Shown here one piece after another: positions 51,893 to 64,000 of a stretch of 64,000 nt of DNA (positions are counted from its first letter, which is position 1; each line of letters starts with the position of its first letter). The stretch comes from Mobula hypostoma (Eukaryota): contig NC_086098.1 of NCBI RefSeq assembly GCF_963921235.1, positions 7,006,001-7,070,000 of the forward strand, written 5' to 3'. Under the pieces are notes generated by a model. The model did not search any database and had not been told where the DNA came from. It worked only from the letters and a program-made list of their open reading frames with translations. Made by a program: the position numbers and the translations under genes.

Positions 51893-52362
51893 GTAAGAGA
51901 CATCAATATCGTCCTTCTGCACTGTAAGGCAAAAGAGAGGCGTCCAAAGCAGAGTCAGCCTGATGCATATCGTTTGAGAAACAAAAACGGACACAAGATA
52001 TCCCAAAATTCTGGAGGAACTCGTCACATCAGGCGACGTTCAGGAGGGGATAAACCGTCAATGTTTTAGGTCGATTCCCTTCATCAGGACTGGGAAGTAA
52101 GGGGGCAGAAGCCAGAATAAGAAAGTGGGAAAAGGGAAAGGAGTACAAGATTCATGATTGAAGATTGTTTAATGTCATTTTCAGTAGATAAGTGTAAAAA
52201 AACAAAATAATTGTTACTTCAGATCCGACGTAGCACAAAAAAACACAATAAGATAAAGAACACAATAATCAATAAATATAAATATATAAGATAGCTTGTA
52301 TACATAGATTGATTGTATGTCCATAAAGTGACACTAGACACAGGAGTGTCTGCACATAAGGC

Positions 52363-53561
52363 CAGGGGTCCCCAACCTTTTTTGCACTGCGGACCGGTTT
52401 ATTATTGACAATATTCTTGCGGACTGGCGGACCGGGGGCGGGGGGGGGGGGTAGGGTTGCCAACGGACAAGAGTAGCTGTCAAGTACGTTGGTTTTACCC
52501 AAAGTAACACTACAATGACCATGAAGCCTTGCGCATGTGTGTACGTGCCCATTTTTTTTATAAATCGTCTTTTGCGATTCTGTTCGGGGGGGGGGTGTTA
52601 ATCACAACCGGAATACAGTACTGTATGGGTGATATGTGGCTAATACACTCAATTTCGTTTCTAAAAGGGTTTATCTAACGAATTTAATATTAAACACACA
52701 GCACATATTTTCCACGCATGAATATAGTGATAAGTCAATTATCAGGGGAGGACAGGGGAGCTTGAAGTAAGTGTTGAACGAACTTCCAGTAGAAATGGCA
52801 GAAGCAGGTTCTATATTATCATTTAAAGAAAAATTGGATTGGTATATGGACAGGAAAGGAATGGAGGGTTATGGGCTGAGTGCAGGTCGGTGGGACTAGG
52901 TGAGAGTAGCGTTCGGCACAGACTAGAAGGGCCGAGATGGCCTGTTTCCGTGCTGTAATGGTTATATGGTTATATAAGTAAGTCAATAGCATCATAACAT
53001 TTTAAGTAACGTTTGAATATTAAACACACAGCACATATTTTCCCCGTATGAACATATATGATTATTGCAACACACCGATATCGCTGAATCAGTGGGAGCC
53101 CTGGGCTAGTTTCCATGCAACAAGACGATCCTATCGAGGGGTGATGGGAGACAGCGATACTCGAAGGGGGTTCCTTATGTCCAGTCTGTTCCGCAATTTA
53201 GTTTTCGTTGCATTCATTGCAGAGATATGTTGGAGATGGATGCAACGTTTTCAGTGCTTTCGTGGCTATCTCAGGATATTCAACCTTGACTTTGATCTAG
53301 AATGCCAGCAGAGATGTTATGTCAAACATACTTTTCAGCCTACCGTCATTTGCAAACTCGAGGAGTTGATCCCCTTCCCGCGCTGACATGGATGATGCGC
53401 GGGTCATGAACTCGCGAGCGTTCAAGCTCAACAGGGCATGACAGGGAATGAGGAAAGGTGCAACTGACTCCTATCACCAAATCATACCGTTTCCTCGCAG
53501 CCCGGTAGCACATGCTTTACGGCCCAGCACCGGTCCGCGGCCCGGTGGTTGGGGACCACTG
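52363..53561 (-). mobile_element. hAT (Charlie/Buster-type) non-autonomous transposon with perfect 8-bp TSD
   Basis: TIRs CAGGGGTCCCCAACC / CAGTGGTCCCCAACC (reverse complement); TSD CATAAGGC at 52355-52362 and 53562-53569; minus-strand transposase C-terminal remnant at 53089-53385 (KVEYPEIATKALK...TKTKLRNRLDIRNPLRVSLSPITPR...AQGSH*). Confidence 0.93.
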
Positions 53562-54429
53562 CATAAGGCGACTGACCGGAAATGATAAAGTACTGATGGT
53601 TGGAGGTGTCGATCAGCCTTACTGCTTAGGGAATTTACTTCAGGACTGTATATGGAGACATACTGTAGATGATAATAAATTTATCAATTTTGGTAATAAA
53701 TTTACTTTGAGCTTTGAAGTAACTGCTTTTGAGTCTGGTGGCCCTGCCATGGATCCGAGATGGCCTCCTCCCTGATGGGAGTGGGACAAACAGTCCATGG
53801 TCAGGGTGTGTGGGATCCTTCATGATATTGCTGGACTTTATCTGGTGCTTTTCCAGATATATGTCCTTGATGTTGGGTAGACTGGTGCTGGTGATGTGTT
53901 GGCTACCCATTGACCCTTCCCGTCTGCCGCAGTGCAGTTTCCATACCAAGCAGTGATGCAGCATGTTAGGATGCTCTCTTCAGCCACTTCAGAAAGTAAA
54001 GACATAGGTGAACTTTCCTGATTGTGTCGAATGTGTGCTGGGACCCTGAGAGGTTGTGTGAGATGTGCGCTCGAAGGAGGTTGAAACTGCTGACAGTTTC
54101 TACTGCTGTGCTGCCAGTGTAAAGAGGGCTGTGAGTGGTGCAAGTTCTCCTGAAGTCAGTAACTCCGGGGGTCAGGGGGCACCTGTGTTGAGGATGACAG
54201 GAGGGGAGGAGCAGTTGTGCATCCTGACAAACGGAGGTTTATTGGTTAGGAAGTCCAACACCCAGTCACACAATGGTGTGTTTAGACCGAGGAGTGGGAG
54301 TTTGTGATACAAGCTGGCAGGTAATAGGTGACATAGGTTAGCAGGAAGGTGGTGGGTGGGGAAGGGAGGGTGAAGAAGCTGGGAGAGGATAGTAGGATGA
54401 GATAAAGAACTGAAGAAGAAGGAAGAAGG

Positions 54430-55770
54430 TCAAGTATCTTCACAATGCCCACTGCAAAAGGCAGAATCTCCTGGTGGCCACCCATTTCAATTCAACTTCC
54501 CATTCCCTTTCTGACATGTCAGTCCATGGCAGGGGTTCCCAACCTGGAGTCCACAGACCCCTTGCTTAATGGCATTGGTCCATGGCATCAGAAAAAGATG
54601 GGAACCTCTAGTCTACAGCCTCTTCTCTTGCCATAATGAGGTAAAACTCAGGTTGCAGCAGTATCTCATATTCCATCTGGGTAGCCTCCAAACTGATGGC
54701 ATAAACATTGAATTTCATTGTAATTTCTCCCCCTTTCCCTCCTCCATCTTCCATTCCACATTCTGATTCCCCCTCACCTTTTCTCTTCTCCTCAGAGAGG
54801 GCCCAGCAGAGATTGCACTTTCTGAGGAAGCTTAAACAAGCATCACTCCCCACTAACATCTTAACTACATTCTACAGAGGCGTGGTTGAGAGTGTGCTGA
54901 CCTTTTGCATCACAACCTGGTACTCCAGCTGCAGTGCTGTCGACAAAAAAGCCTTGCAGAGGGTGGTTAGGGGAGCAGAGAAGGTTATTGGGGTCTCCCT
55001 ACCTTCTGTCCAAGCCCTCTTTCAGAGTCGATGCCTCCAGAAGACACGGTACATCATTAAAGACCCCTCACACCCTCTCCATGAACTGTTTGTTCTTCTG
55101 CCATCAGGCAAACGTTACAGGAGCATCAAAACTAAAACCACAAGGCGACTAAACAGCTTCCTCCCACAGGCAGTCAGACTGCTAAATAGCTGCTCCACCT
55201 GACTCTGCTTTGGACACTTTTAACTTGCACTAGATACTTATAACTGATTTTAACTGACATGTGGCTGTTGTGTTTACTATTTATTCTTACATTTATTATT
55301 TAGTATTGCGTTTGTCATGTTATGATTGCACTGCTCCTGGGAAACGCTGTCTCATTCTGCCCTGCAGAGCTGATGTATGGTTAGAATGACAATAGAGTTT
55401 TTTGAATCTCATGCCCATCGCCTCCCTCTGGTTTCTCTCCCCTTTCCCTTTCTCCCGTAGATTACTGCCCTCTCCTATCAGATTCCTTCTTCTTCAGCCC
55501 TTTACTTCTTCCACCTGTCACCTCCCAACTTCATAGTGCAACAGCCCCCATCCCCCACCTCGCCAGCTTCCGCTTCACCTGATCTCATCTATCACCTGCC
55601 AGCTCCTATCCTCCCCCTGACGCCACCATCTTACCTGGCTTCTTCCCCCTTTGGCCCAGAATGTCCGCTGTTCATTCCCCTCCATGAGCACTGCCCAGCT
55701 TTCAGAGCTGATCCAGCACTTTGTGGGTGTGCTACTCAAGATATCCAGAACCTGAAGAATCTTTTGTGTC
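54430..55770 (+). mobile_element. Penelope-like remnant with nested MITE (54530-54610) and Rex1-like insertion
   Basis: VATHFNSTSHSLSDMSVHG...KLRLQQYLIFHLGSLQTDGINIEF (GIY-YIG C-terminus) followed by pyrimidine-rich UTR and terminal repeat. Confidence 0.72.
54793..55409 (+). mobile_element. Rex1/Babar-like LINE 3' fragment (family C)
   Basis: AQQRLHFLRKLK...FYRGVVESVL...IIKDPSHPLHELFVLLPSGKRYRSI...NSFLPQAVRLLN plus 3' UTR. Confidence 0.9.
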
Positions 55771-56147
55771 TTAGAGGTATCCCGTGCTGTTGTTTAAGGA
55801 CAGTCGGATCAATTACGGCAGGAGCTGAGGACTCGATTGTCTGACAGATTTATTTGCTAGTTAGTTTCCCACAGCAGTTAAGAACCATCAAGTGAAGGTA
55901 GAATCTCTGCCTTGAGAATAGAGTGCGATAAATAAATAAGTATTATACTGTTAGTGCCAGCCTGCGTCACGCCACAGTATTGATCATCAGTGCATTGTGT
56001 TATTAGAGATTTTAATGACAAGCTTCTTTCCATGAGGGTGTCGTTTCATATTTATTACCTCCACCACCCCCAAGGCTAAATGTATTTTTGGGATGGTTGG
56101 GGGAGGGCATTCTTAGCAGATTTCTGAACGAGATACCATAGGTCTAT

Positions 56148-56683
56148 ACGCTCAATGGCCACTTTATCATTTACCCCCTGTGCCTAATAAAGTGGGCACT
56201 GAGTGTGTATTTATGGTCGTCTGCTGCTGTAAGGTCTGATGTGTTTGTGCATTCAGAGATGCTCTTCTGCACACCACTGTTGTGACGTGTGGTTATTTGA
56301 GTTACTGTCGCCTTCCTGTCAGCTTGAACCAGACTGGTCAGTTTCCTCTCACGTCGCTCATGAATAATACATCTTTGCCCACAGAGCTGCCACCCACTGC
56401 ATGCTTTTTTGTTTTTTGCACCATTCTCTGTAAGCTCTAGAGACTGTTGTGCATGAAAATCCCAGGAGATCAGCAGCTTCTGAGATACTCAAACCACCCC
56501 GTCTGGCACCAGCAATCAAACAGTCAAGGTCACTCAGATCACATTTCTTCCCTATTTTGATGTTTGGTCTGAATAACAACTAAACATCATAACCACATCA
56601 GCATGCTTTTATGCATTGAGTTGCTGCCACATGATTGGCTGATTAGATAATTGCATTAACAAGATGTACCTAGTAAAGTGGCA
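56148..56683 (-). mobile_element. Tc1 derivative
   Basis: Double-TIR left end at 56149-56205; HTH peptide in ORF 56358-56579. Confidence 0.8.
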
Positions 56684-57383
56684 ATCACATATATATTGGG
56701 ACAATTGACTTTGCAAGTCGTGTACCATGCAGCCAGAAATGCTGTGGGAAGTTTAATATATTAATGATTCAAGAACTACTCTGTCAGCTTTTTATCAAAA
56801 GGTATACTGAAAGATCCAACCACTTACGTTGTATTAAGTCTGCATGGGATATCTGGATCCTGCATACACAGACGCCAATAGACAGCTCCTTAGGAGAACA
56901 TTGTACTTGATTCCAGTGATCACTTTGCTACTATGCCTATGAATATTTGGTGAACATAGGACTAGTATTATCTGTGGCATATATAGATAATTCTAGTCCC
57001 ATTTTTTTTAACCAAATATTGGGTGGCAGGGTGGAGATACATCTCTACCATAGGAGGTGTAAGGCGCTCTTTCTCTCAGCCTGCAGGTCACTCTTGGACA
57101 AGGAGTAGCACCCACTTAGCCTCCCCCCCCCACCACAAATCAAGGTCACATGAAGCCATAGGATTTGGTGATGGATGGTCGCATGAGCAGCTGGTGCATA
57201 CCACAAGTCCTGGTTATGTGACCACTGACACCAGGCAGGCAATCTCTGAAGAGTATAGACAATGGCTGAGGTCACCCGTCTTATAAAGACACTGCCCAGA
57301 AGAAGGCAATGGCAACCACTTCTGTAGAAAAATTTGCCAAGAACAATAATGGTGAAGACCATGATTGCCCACGTCATACGACA

Positions 57384-58511
57384 CACACGGTATTGGGGGT
57401 ATGGTATTGATGTGGATAGAGAATTGGTTGGCAGACAGGAAGCAAAGAGTGGGAATAAACGGGACCTTTTCAGAATGGCAGGCAGTGACTAGTGGGGTAA
57501 TGCAAGGCTCAGTGCTGGGACCCCAGTTGTTTACAATATATATAAATGACTTAGATGAGGGAATTAAATGCAGCATCTCCACGTTTGCGGATGACACGAA
57601 GCTGGGTGGCAGTGTTAGCTGTGAGGAGGATGCTAAGAGGATGCATGGTGACTTGGATAGGTTAGGTGAGTGGGCAAATTCATGGCAGATGCAATTTAAT
57701 GTGGATAAATGTGAGGTTATCCACTTTGGTGGCAAGAACAGGAAAACAGATTATTATCTGAATGGTGGCCGATTAGGAAAAGGGGAGGTGCAACGAGATC
57801 TGTGTGTCATTATACACCAGTCAATGAAAGTGGGCATGCAGGTATAGCAGGCGGTGAAAAAGGCGAATGGTATGCTGGCATTCATAGCAAGAGGATTTGA
57901 GTACAGGAGCAGGGAGGTACTACTGCAGTTGTACAAGGCCTTGGTGAGACCACACCTAGAGTATTATGTGCAGTTCTGGTCCCCTAATCTGAAGAAAGAC
58001 ATTCTTTCCATAGGCAGAGTACAAAGAAGGTTCACCAAATTGATTCCTGGAATGGCAGGACTTTCATATGATGAAAGACTGGATCGTCTAGGCTTATACT
58101 CTCTGGAATTTAGAAGATTGAGGGGGGATCTTATTGAAACGTATAAAATTCTAAAAGGATTGGACAGGCTAGATGTAGGAAGATTGTTCCCGATGTTGGG
58201 GAAGTCCAGAACAAGGGGTCACAGTTTGAGGATAAAGGGGAAGCCTTTTAGGACCGAGATTAGGAAAAACTTCTTCACACAGAGAGTGGTGAATCTGTGG
58301 AATTCTCTGCCACAGGAAACAGTTGAGGCCAGTTCATTGGCTATATTTAAGAGGGAGTTAGATAAGGCCCTTGTGGCTAAAGGGATCAGCAGGTATGTAG
58401 AGAAGGCAGGTACAGAGTTGTGAGTTGGATGATCAGCCATGATCTTACTGAATGGCGGTGCAGGCTCGAAGGGCCGAATGGCCTACTCCTGCACCTGTTT
58501 TCTATGTTTCT
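57384..58511 (+). mobile_element. CR1 3' fragment with one in-frame stop, inserted at the 3' end of a short element (57021-57383)
   Basis: RT motifs GVMQGSVLGP and FADD; TAG at 57845-57847; stem-loop and TCTATGTTTCT tail. Confidence 0.95.
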
Positions 58512-59837
58512 GCATAATGATGGTGATAACTTTCTGTGGGTGGCTATACAGCAATACCATCCTCCCAAACTAAATACATCGATACTTCGTGTAAACCTAG
58601 TTTTTCAGTGTTACAGTTATGCTACTTCAGTAAATGTTAAGAACAGTAAAATTCACCAAGTTTTTTTTTACCAAGAACAATGTTTTTCCTGTGGATTTTG
58701 TACCACAAAATAGTAAACCAAATTTCATTACAAGGTCATGTTAATCAGCTCTAAATATCTCATCTCCAGCCTGATTCCACCAACTCCTTTGAAGGTCGAA
58801 TCTTTTGCACTCTGGTTAGTTTAGTTTTTTAGAATAATTTTTTTTGGGCAACGTTTTGAAATTTTAAACACGTGCCTCTACACACAGTCATCTCCCAACA
58901 GCTATTTAAAAGATGTCTTTATTTTATTTATTAATAGATTGGATATTCAAGATTCAAAATTGTTTCAGTGTAAAGGAGAACAAAATAGTTGTTAATCCAG
59001 ATCCGATGCAGCACAAAAAAAAGCAGACTCACTAAGATAAAGAACACAAGAATATAAAAACACCATTGCGATAAATCATACAATAGTCAATACATAATTT
59101 GACTGTATGTGCTTAAAGTGATGGTAGGTACAGGAGTGTCTGTACATAAGATGACTGACAGGAAATGATAACCTTTCATCTCAAAATGGCAACTGTTTAT
59201 TCATTTCCATAGATGCTGCCTAGCCTGCTGAGTTCCTCCAGCATTTTATGTGTGTTGCTCTGGATTTCCAGCATCTGCAGATTTCCATGTGTTAATGATA
59301 TAGCAGTGGTGGTTTGGGGTTTAGATCATGGGTGGAGGTGTCGATCAGCCTTACTGCTTTGGGAAAGTAACTGTTTTTGAGTCTTGTGGTCCTGGCGTGG
59401 ACACTACATATCCTCCTCCCTGATGGGAGAGGGACAAATAGTCTATGAGCAGGGTGTGTGGGATCCTTCATGATGTTACTGGTCCTTTTCCAGCACCTTT
59501 CTGTATATATGTCCTTGATGGCGACATGTATCCTATGCCCTATGTGCTGGCATAAACTGGCTGCTGCATGATAATACTTGCATATACCGTTTGAAGGTTC
59601 ACTGTCCATTATATATTTATAGATGTACTGCATATGGACCGTTAACTGCACTGACAGGTGCTCTCGGTAAATTGGTGAATTATTATTGTCACCTGTACCA
59701 AGTTAAAGTGAAAAATGTGTGTTTCATCTGTAAATATAGATCAATTCATTATAATGGTGCAATGCGATTATTGTAATCAGTTGATCTGCAAGACAATTTT
59801 TTTGCTTCACCTTAGTACACGTGACAATAATCAACTT

Positions 59838-60478
59838 CTCTCAGTGGCCACTTTATTACATAACTGCTTTGTCTAATAAAGTGGTCACTGAGCGTGTGTT
59901 CGTGGTCTTCTGCAGCTGGAGCCCATCTGCTTCAAGTTTTGACATGTTGTGCATTCAGAGATGCTCTTCGGCACACCACTGTTGTAACGTGTGGCTATTT
60001 GAGTTACTGTCACCTTCCAGTCAGCTTGAACCAGTCTGGCTTTTCTCCTCTGACCTCTCTCATTAACAAGGCATTTTCACCCACAGGACTACAGCTTACT
60101 TGATTTTGTTTTTTTGCATCATTCTCTGTAAACTCTATGCTCTAGAGTTCTCAATCTGGGGTTCACAGACTCTTTGGTTAATGATAAGGCTCATAGGCAT
60201 AAAAAAGGGTTGGGAAACCCTGCTCTGGAGACTGTTGTGTATAAAAATACAGATCATCATTTTCTGAGATACTCAAACTTCCCCATCTGGCATTAGCCAT
60301 CGTTCTCCAGTCACCGTAACTTCAATCACATTTCTTCCCCATTCTGATGTTTAGTCTGAACAACTGAACCTCTTGACCATGTCCGCATGCTTTTATGCAT
60401 TGAGTTGCTGCCACATGATTGGCTGATTAGATATTTGTATTAACAAGCAGGTCTACCTAATAAAGTGGCCACTGAATG
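59838..60478 (-). mobile_element. Tc1 derivative with nested hAT MITE (60142-60222)
   Basis: CTCAGTGGCCACTTTATT...TAATAAAGTGGCCACTGAATG|TA. Confidence 0.82.
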
Positions 60479-61640
60479 TAAATTAGATCAATGTTATACT
60501 TTGTCTATTAGCACCTTACTGTTCTAATACTAGAGGTCTGGTAGTGATGTGAATAATGTTGTTTCATGATGCGTACAGTAGTCTATGCATGGAGCAGTTG
60601 ATTGACTGTGTTTCACATGATTAATTGAGAATTCTTTAATCTATTTATCACCTTCCAGTTTCCCAGTTCATTCCCCCACCCCCAGCCACACACCTTCCCC
60701 TCACCTGGTCTCACCTGTCACCTGCCATCTTGTATTCCTTCCCCTTCCCCACCCTCCCCCACCTTCATATTCTGGTTTCTTCCCCCTTCCTCTCCCATGT
60801 TGGTGAGGGGCCTCAGCTCAAGACGTCGAATGTTTATCCATTTCCATAGATGCTGCCTGACCTGTTGAGTTCCTCCCGAATTTTGTGTATGTTACTCTGG
60901 ATTTTCTGCGTCTGCAGAATCTCTTGTGTTTGTGGTAACTACGTTTTGTGTGTGCAATAGGACAGTTGCGGTGTGATTGTACACTGTTTGCATTGTATGA
61001 CAACTGCCACCTTACTTTCCTGCAATTAGATCATCATCATTTAATAAGATGTTTATGTCACATCACATTCCTTTAACAATGTGTTTTTACACAAACCCAG
61101 AAATAAAGCATATAACATTTCACAATAGTTCCTGTGAACAAAATATCACCAAAGGTGAAGCAGTGAATGCAAAACTATTGTGTCTTTATGACTCTAAAAC
61201 AGTAGTATTATTAACAGAATATGTTGTAATTACATTGCTATTGTTTGGTAGTGTAGTGGTTAGCACAATGTTTTATAGTGCAGGCGACCTGTGTTCAAAT
61301 CCTACGGCTACCTGTAAGGAGTTTCTACTCTCTCCTCGTGACTGCATGGGTTTCATCCCAGAGCTCTGGTTTCCTCCCACATTCCAAACACCATCATGGT
61401 TGGTAGGTTAATTGATCATTGTAAATTGTCCCGTCATTAGGCTTGCGTTAAATTGGGGAATAGCTGGATGGCATGGCTCAAAGGGACAAAAGGGTCTATT
61501 CCACACTTAACTCTATAAATAAATAACTTGCACTTATTTCACTGATAAAATTACATTTCACAACCAGAAAAAGAGTTGGAAAACAGTTTAAAAGTATTTT
61601 ATTGCACATGTCAAAATTTATCCTCCTCTTCATCAATATG

Positions 61641-62605
61641 TGAATTGAATTGAATTGACTTTATTTCTTACATCCTTCATATACATGAGGAGTAAAAATC
61701 TTAACTTTACACCTCTGCCTAAATGTGCAATGTGCAATTTATGGTAACTTATAATGAGTAGTATGTACAACAGGACGGTCAGTATAACATAGAAATATAG
61801 TTGTATTAGTGTGAATTGATCAATCTGATGAATTGGAAGAATCTGTCTGTTGGTCCTGGCGTTTATGATGCAATACGGTTTCCTGGATGGTAGCAGCTGG
61901 AACAGTTTCTGACTGGAGTGACTTAGGACCCCAATGATTCTTCAGGCCCTTTTTATGCTCCTATCTCTGTAAATGTCCTAAATAATGTGAAGTTCACATC
62001 TACAGATGCGATGGGCTGTCTGCACCACTCTCTGCAGAGTCCTGCGATTGAGGGAAGTACAGTTCCCATACCAGGCAGTGATGCAGCCAGTCAGGATGCT
62101 CTCAAATGTGCCTCTATAGAAAGGTCTTAGGCTTTTGGGGCCCACACCAAACTTCTTCAACTGTCTGAGGTGAAAGAGGCGCTGTTGTGCTTTTTTCACT
62201 ACACATCCGGTATGTACAGACCATGTGAGGTCCTCAGTGATGTGTATGCCGAGGAATTTAAAGCTGTTCACCCTTTCAACCTCAGATCCATTGATGTCAA
62301 TAGGGGTTAGCCTGTCTCCATTCCTCCTGTAGTCCACAACCAGCTCCTTTGTTTTGGTGACATTGAAGGAAAGATTGTTTTCTTGATTCCACTGTGGCAG
62401 GGTGATGACTTCTCTGTAGGCTGCCTCGTTATTATTTGAGATAAGGCCAATCAATGTAGTGTCGTCCTCAAATTTAAATAGCAGATTGGAGCTGTAGGTG
62501 GCGACACAGTCATGGGTATACAGAGAGTATAGGAGAGGCTTAGGACACAGCCCTGAGGGGCATTTGTGTAGAGGGGCAGAGGCAAGGAGCCCACTCTGAC
62601 CACCT
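61641..62605 (-). mobile_element. Rex1/Babar-like LINE 3' fragment
   Basis: KFEDDTTLIGLI (degenerate FADD), ORF 61978-62454, (TGAAT)n tail. Confidence 0.88.
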
Positions 62606-64000
62606 GCTATGTCATATGGCGTGGGCGATTATGGTCTTTCCGCGACCATGATTGTTCTTGGCAATAATACATAGTACTCTAATTATGTATATGTACCTGA
62701 GACTTTTGTAAAGTACTGTGTACATATTTCTTATTGTAATTTTATAGTTTTTTATTGTGTAGCACTGTACTGCTGCCACAAAACAACAAATTTCATGACA
62801 TACGTGAGTGATGAACCTGATTCTGTTTCTGATTCTAATGAATAAATCACTGGGAATATCCAAATTACAAAGAAAGAGATTGGTAAGAAATAGTTAGAGA
62901 TTGGTTAATTCCGGTTTTCAAACAAGCATAATTGACCCCTGCTGAGGTTCTCATTACTTCATCCTCATGGACACCATCAGTTGCCCAGCAGTTAAGTAGA
63001 TTAATGGTATAATTTTATAATCTAGCCTCAAGTGCGATCTTTACCTGTGCTTTGGGGGCCATTCCACTTGGGACTGCGAGAGCACTTAACATTGAATTGA
63101 TGCCTTCCTTTCTAGTATTTCAGAGCACTTATGCATAGACATTTTATTGACTTTCCAATCAGGTTAGATGTTTTCTTGATGAGATTACGTCGGTGTAATT
63201 GCTTTGTTTATGATAAGTTCCGGACTTCATTAGTCCTGAACAATCATTGTCTGCCTTGAATCAAGTTCAAGTCCATTGTCACTCAGCTGAATACACGTAT
63301 ACCACCAAACAAAACAATGTTCCTCCAAACAGTACATACACACAACACATCAATTAAAATTAAAAGTAAATTAACAAATAATACAGTGCAGCTACAACAC
63401 ATGTTAAAAAGTAAATAGGAAAATGCTACTTGCGCTTCATAGATGATGAGACCTGGGTAGTGGCAGGGAGTTCAACGGTCTTATAGCCGGAGGAAGAAGC
63501 TAAGCAAGGAACTGGGATTTTAAGAAGTTACTAATGGTGAATAGTTAGATAAATTCCAACTATCTCCTTCAAAGGATATTGGCACGTCATTCTTTTTTTG
63601 AACTAGGTTCCTAAACTATGGAATTCAAAACCTAAATCTATAAGGGACGCAGTTCAGTTCACACGTTTAAACACCAGCTCAAAATCTATTAATTGAGCCT
63701 TGCTTTTATCTGACATCTTTTTGTCTTTTATTTTCATGTTTATTTTTATTTTTATCTTCATGTTTGTAGTTTATCCCATTGTAAAGTACTGTATGAAAAG
63801 TGCTCTATAAATTAGTTATTATTATTATTATTATTTATTTTTTCTCAGCTCAAACTGTTAAAACCTGACGTACGGGCATAGCCATGTATGCTCATTTGTC
63901 AATTACCGCAACTTTCGGACTACACTAGTTGTGTTTAGTATTGTGGCTTTTTAGAGATTTACATAAATATTGCTGTGAAGGCCTGGTTGTTTAACTATTG

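Noticed and set aside
63849..63960. Transmembrane exon of the Eph receptor
   Set aside because: Stop after six codons in the required phase and no continuous hydrophobic frame; the TM exon appears to lie beyond the window.

Overview
Vertebrate genomic DNA, most likely from a cartilaginous fish (ray or shark; inferred from the CR1/HER1-like LINEs and HE1/V-SINE-like repeats). The window lies inside one + strand gene, an EphA-class receptor tyrosine kinase closest to EphA7. Only two coding exons are present (43515-43639 and 51724-51892); together they encode the second fibronectin type-III domain. The rest is intron packed with transposable elements: CR1, RTE and Rex1/Babar-like LINE fragments, Penelope-like remnants, tRNA-headed SINEs, Tc1, Tigger/pogo and hAT DNA elements and MITEs, and a solo LTR. 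Almost all ORFs in the supplied track are TE-derived or spurious. The most notable structure is a family of short fold-back Penelope-derived insertions with 14-15 bp target-site duplications that carry a minimal hammerhead-ribozyme motif; one copy (26170-26207, sense to the host pre-mRNA) looks intact. Also notable: a compound MITE-cargo-MITE unit inserted at a single TA, near-identical inverted CR1 copies bracketing the exons, and a CpG-rich decayed MADF-like coding remnant. All alignments were done by eye, and boundaries of old repeats are approximate.
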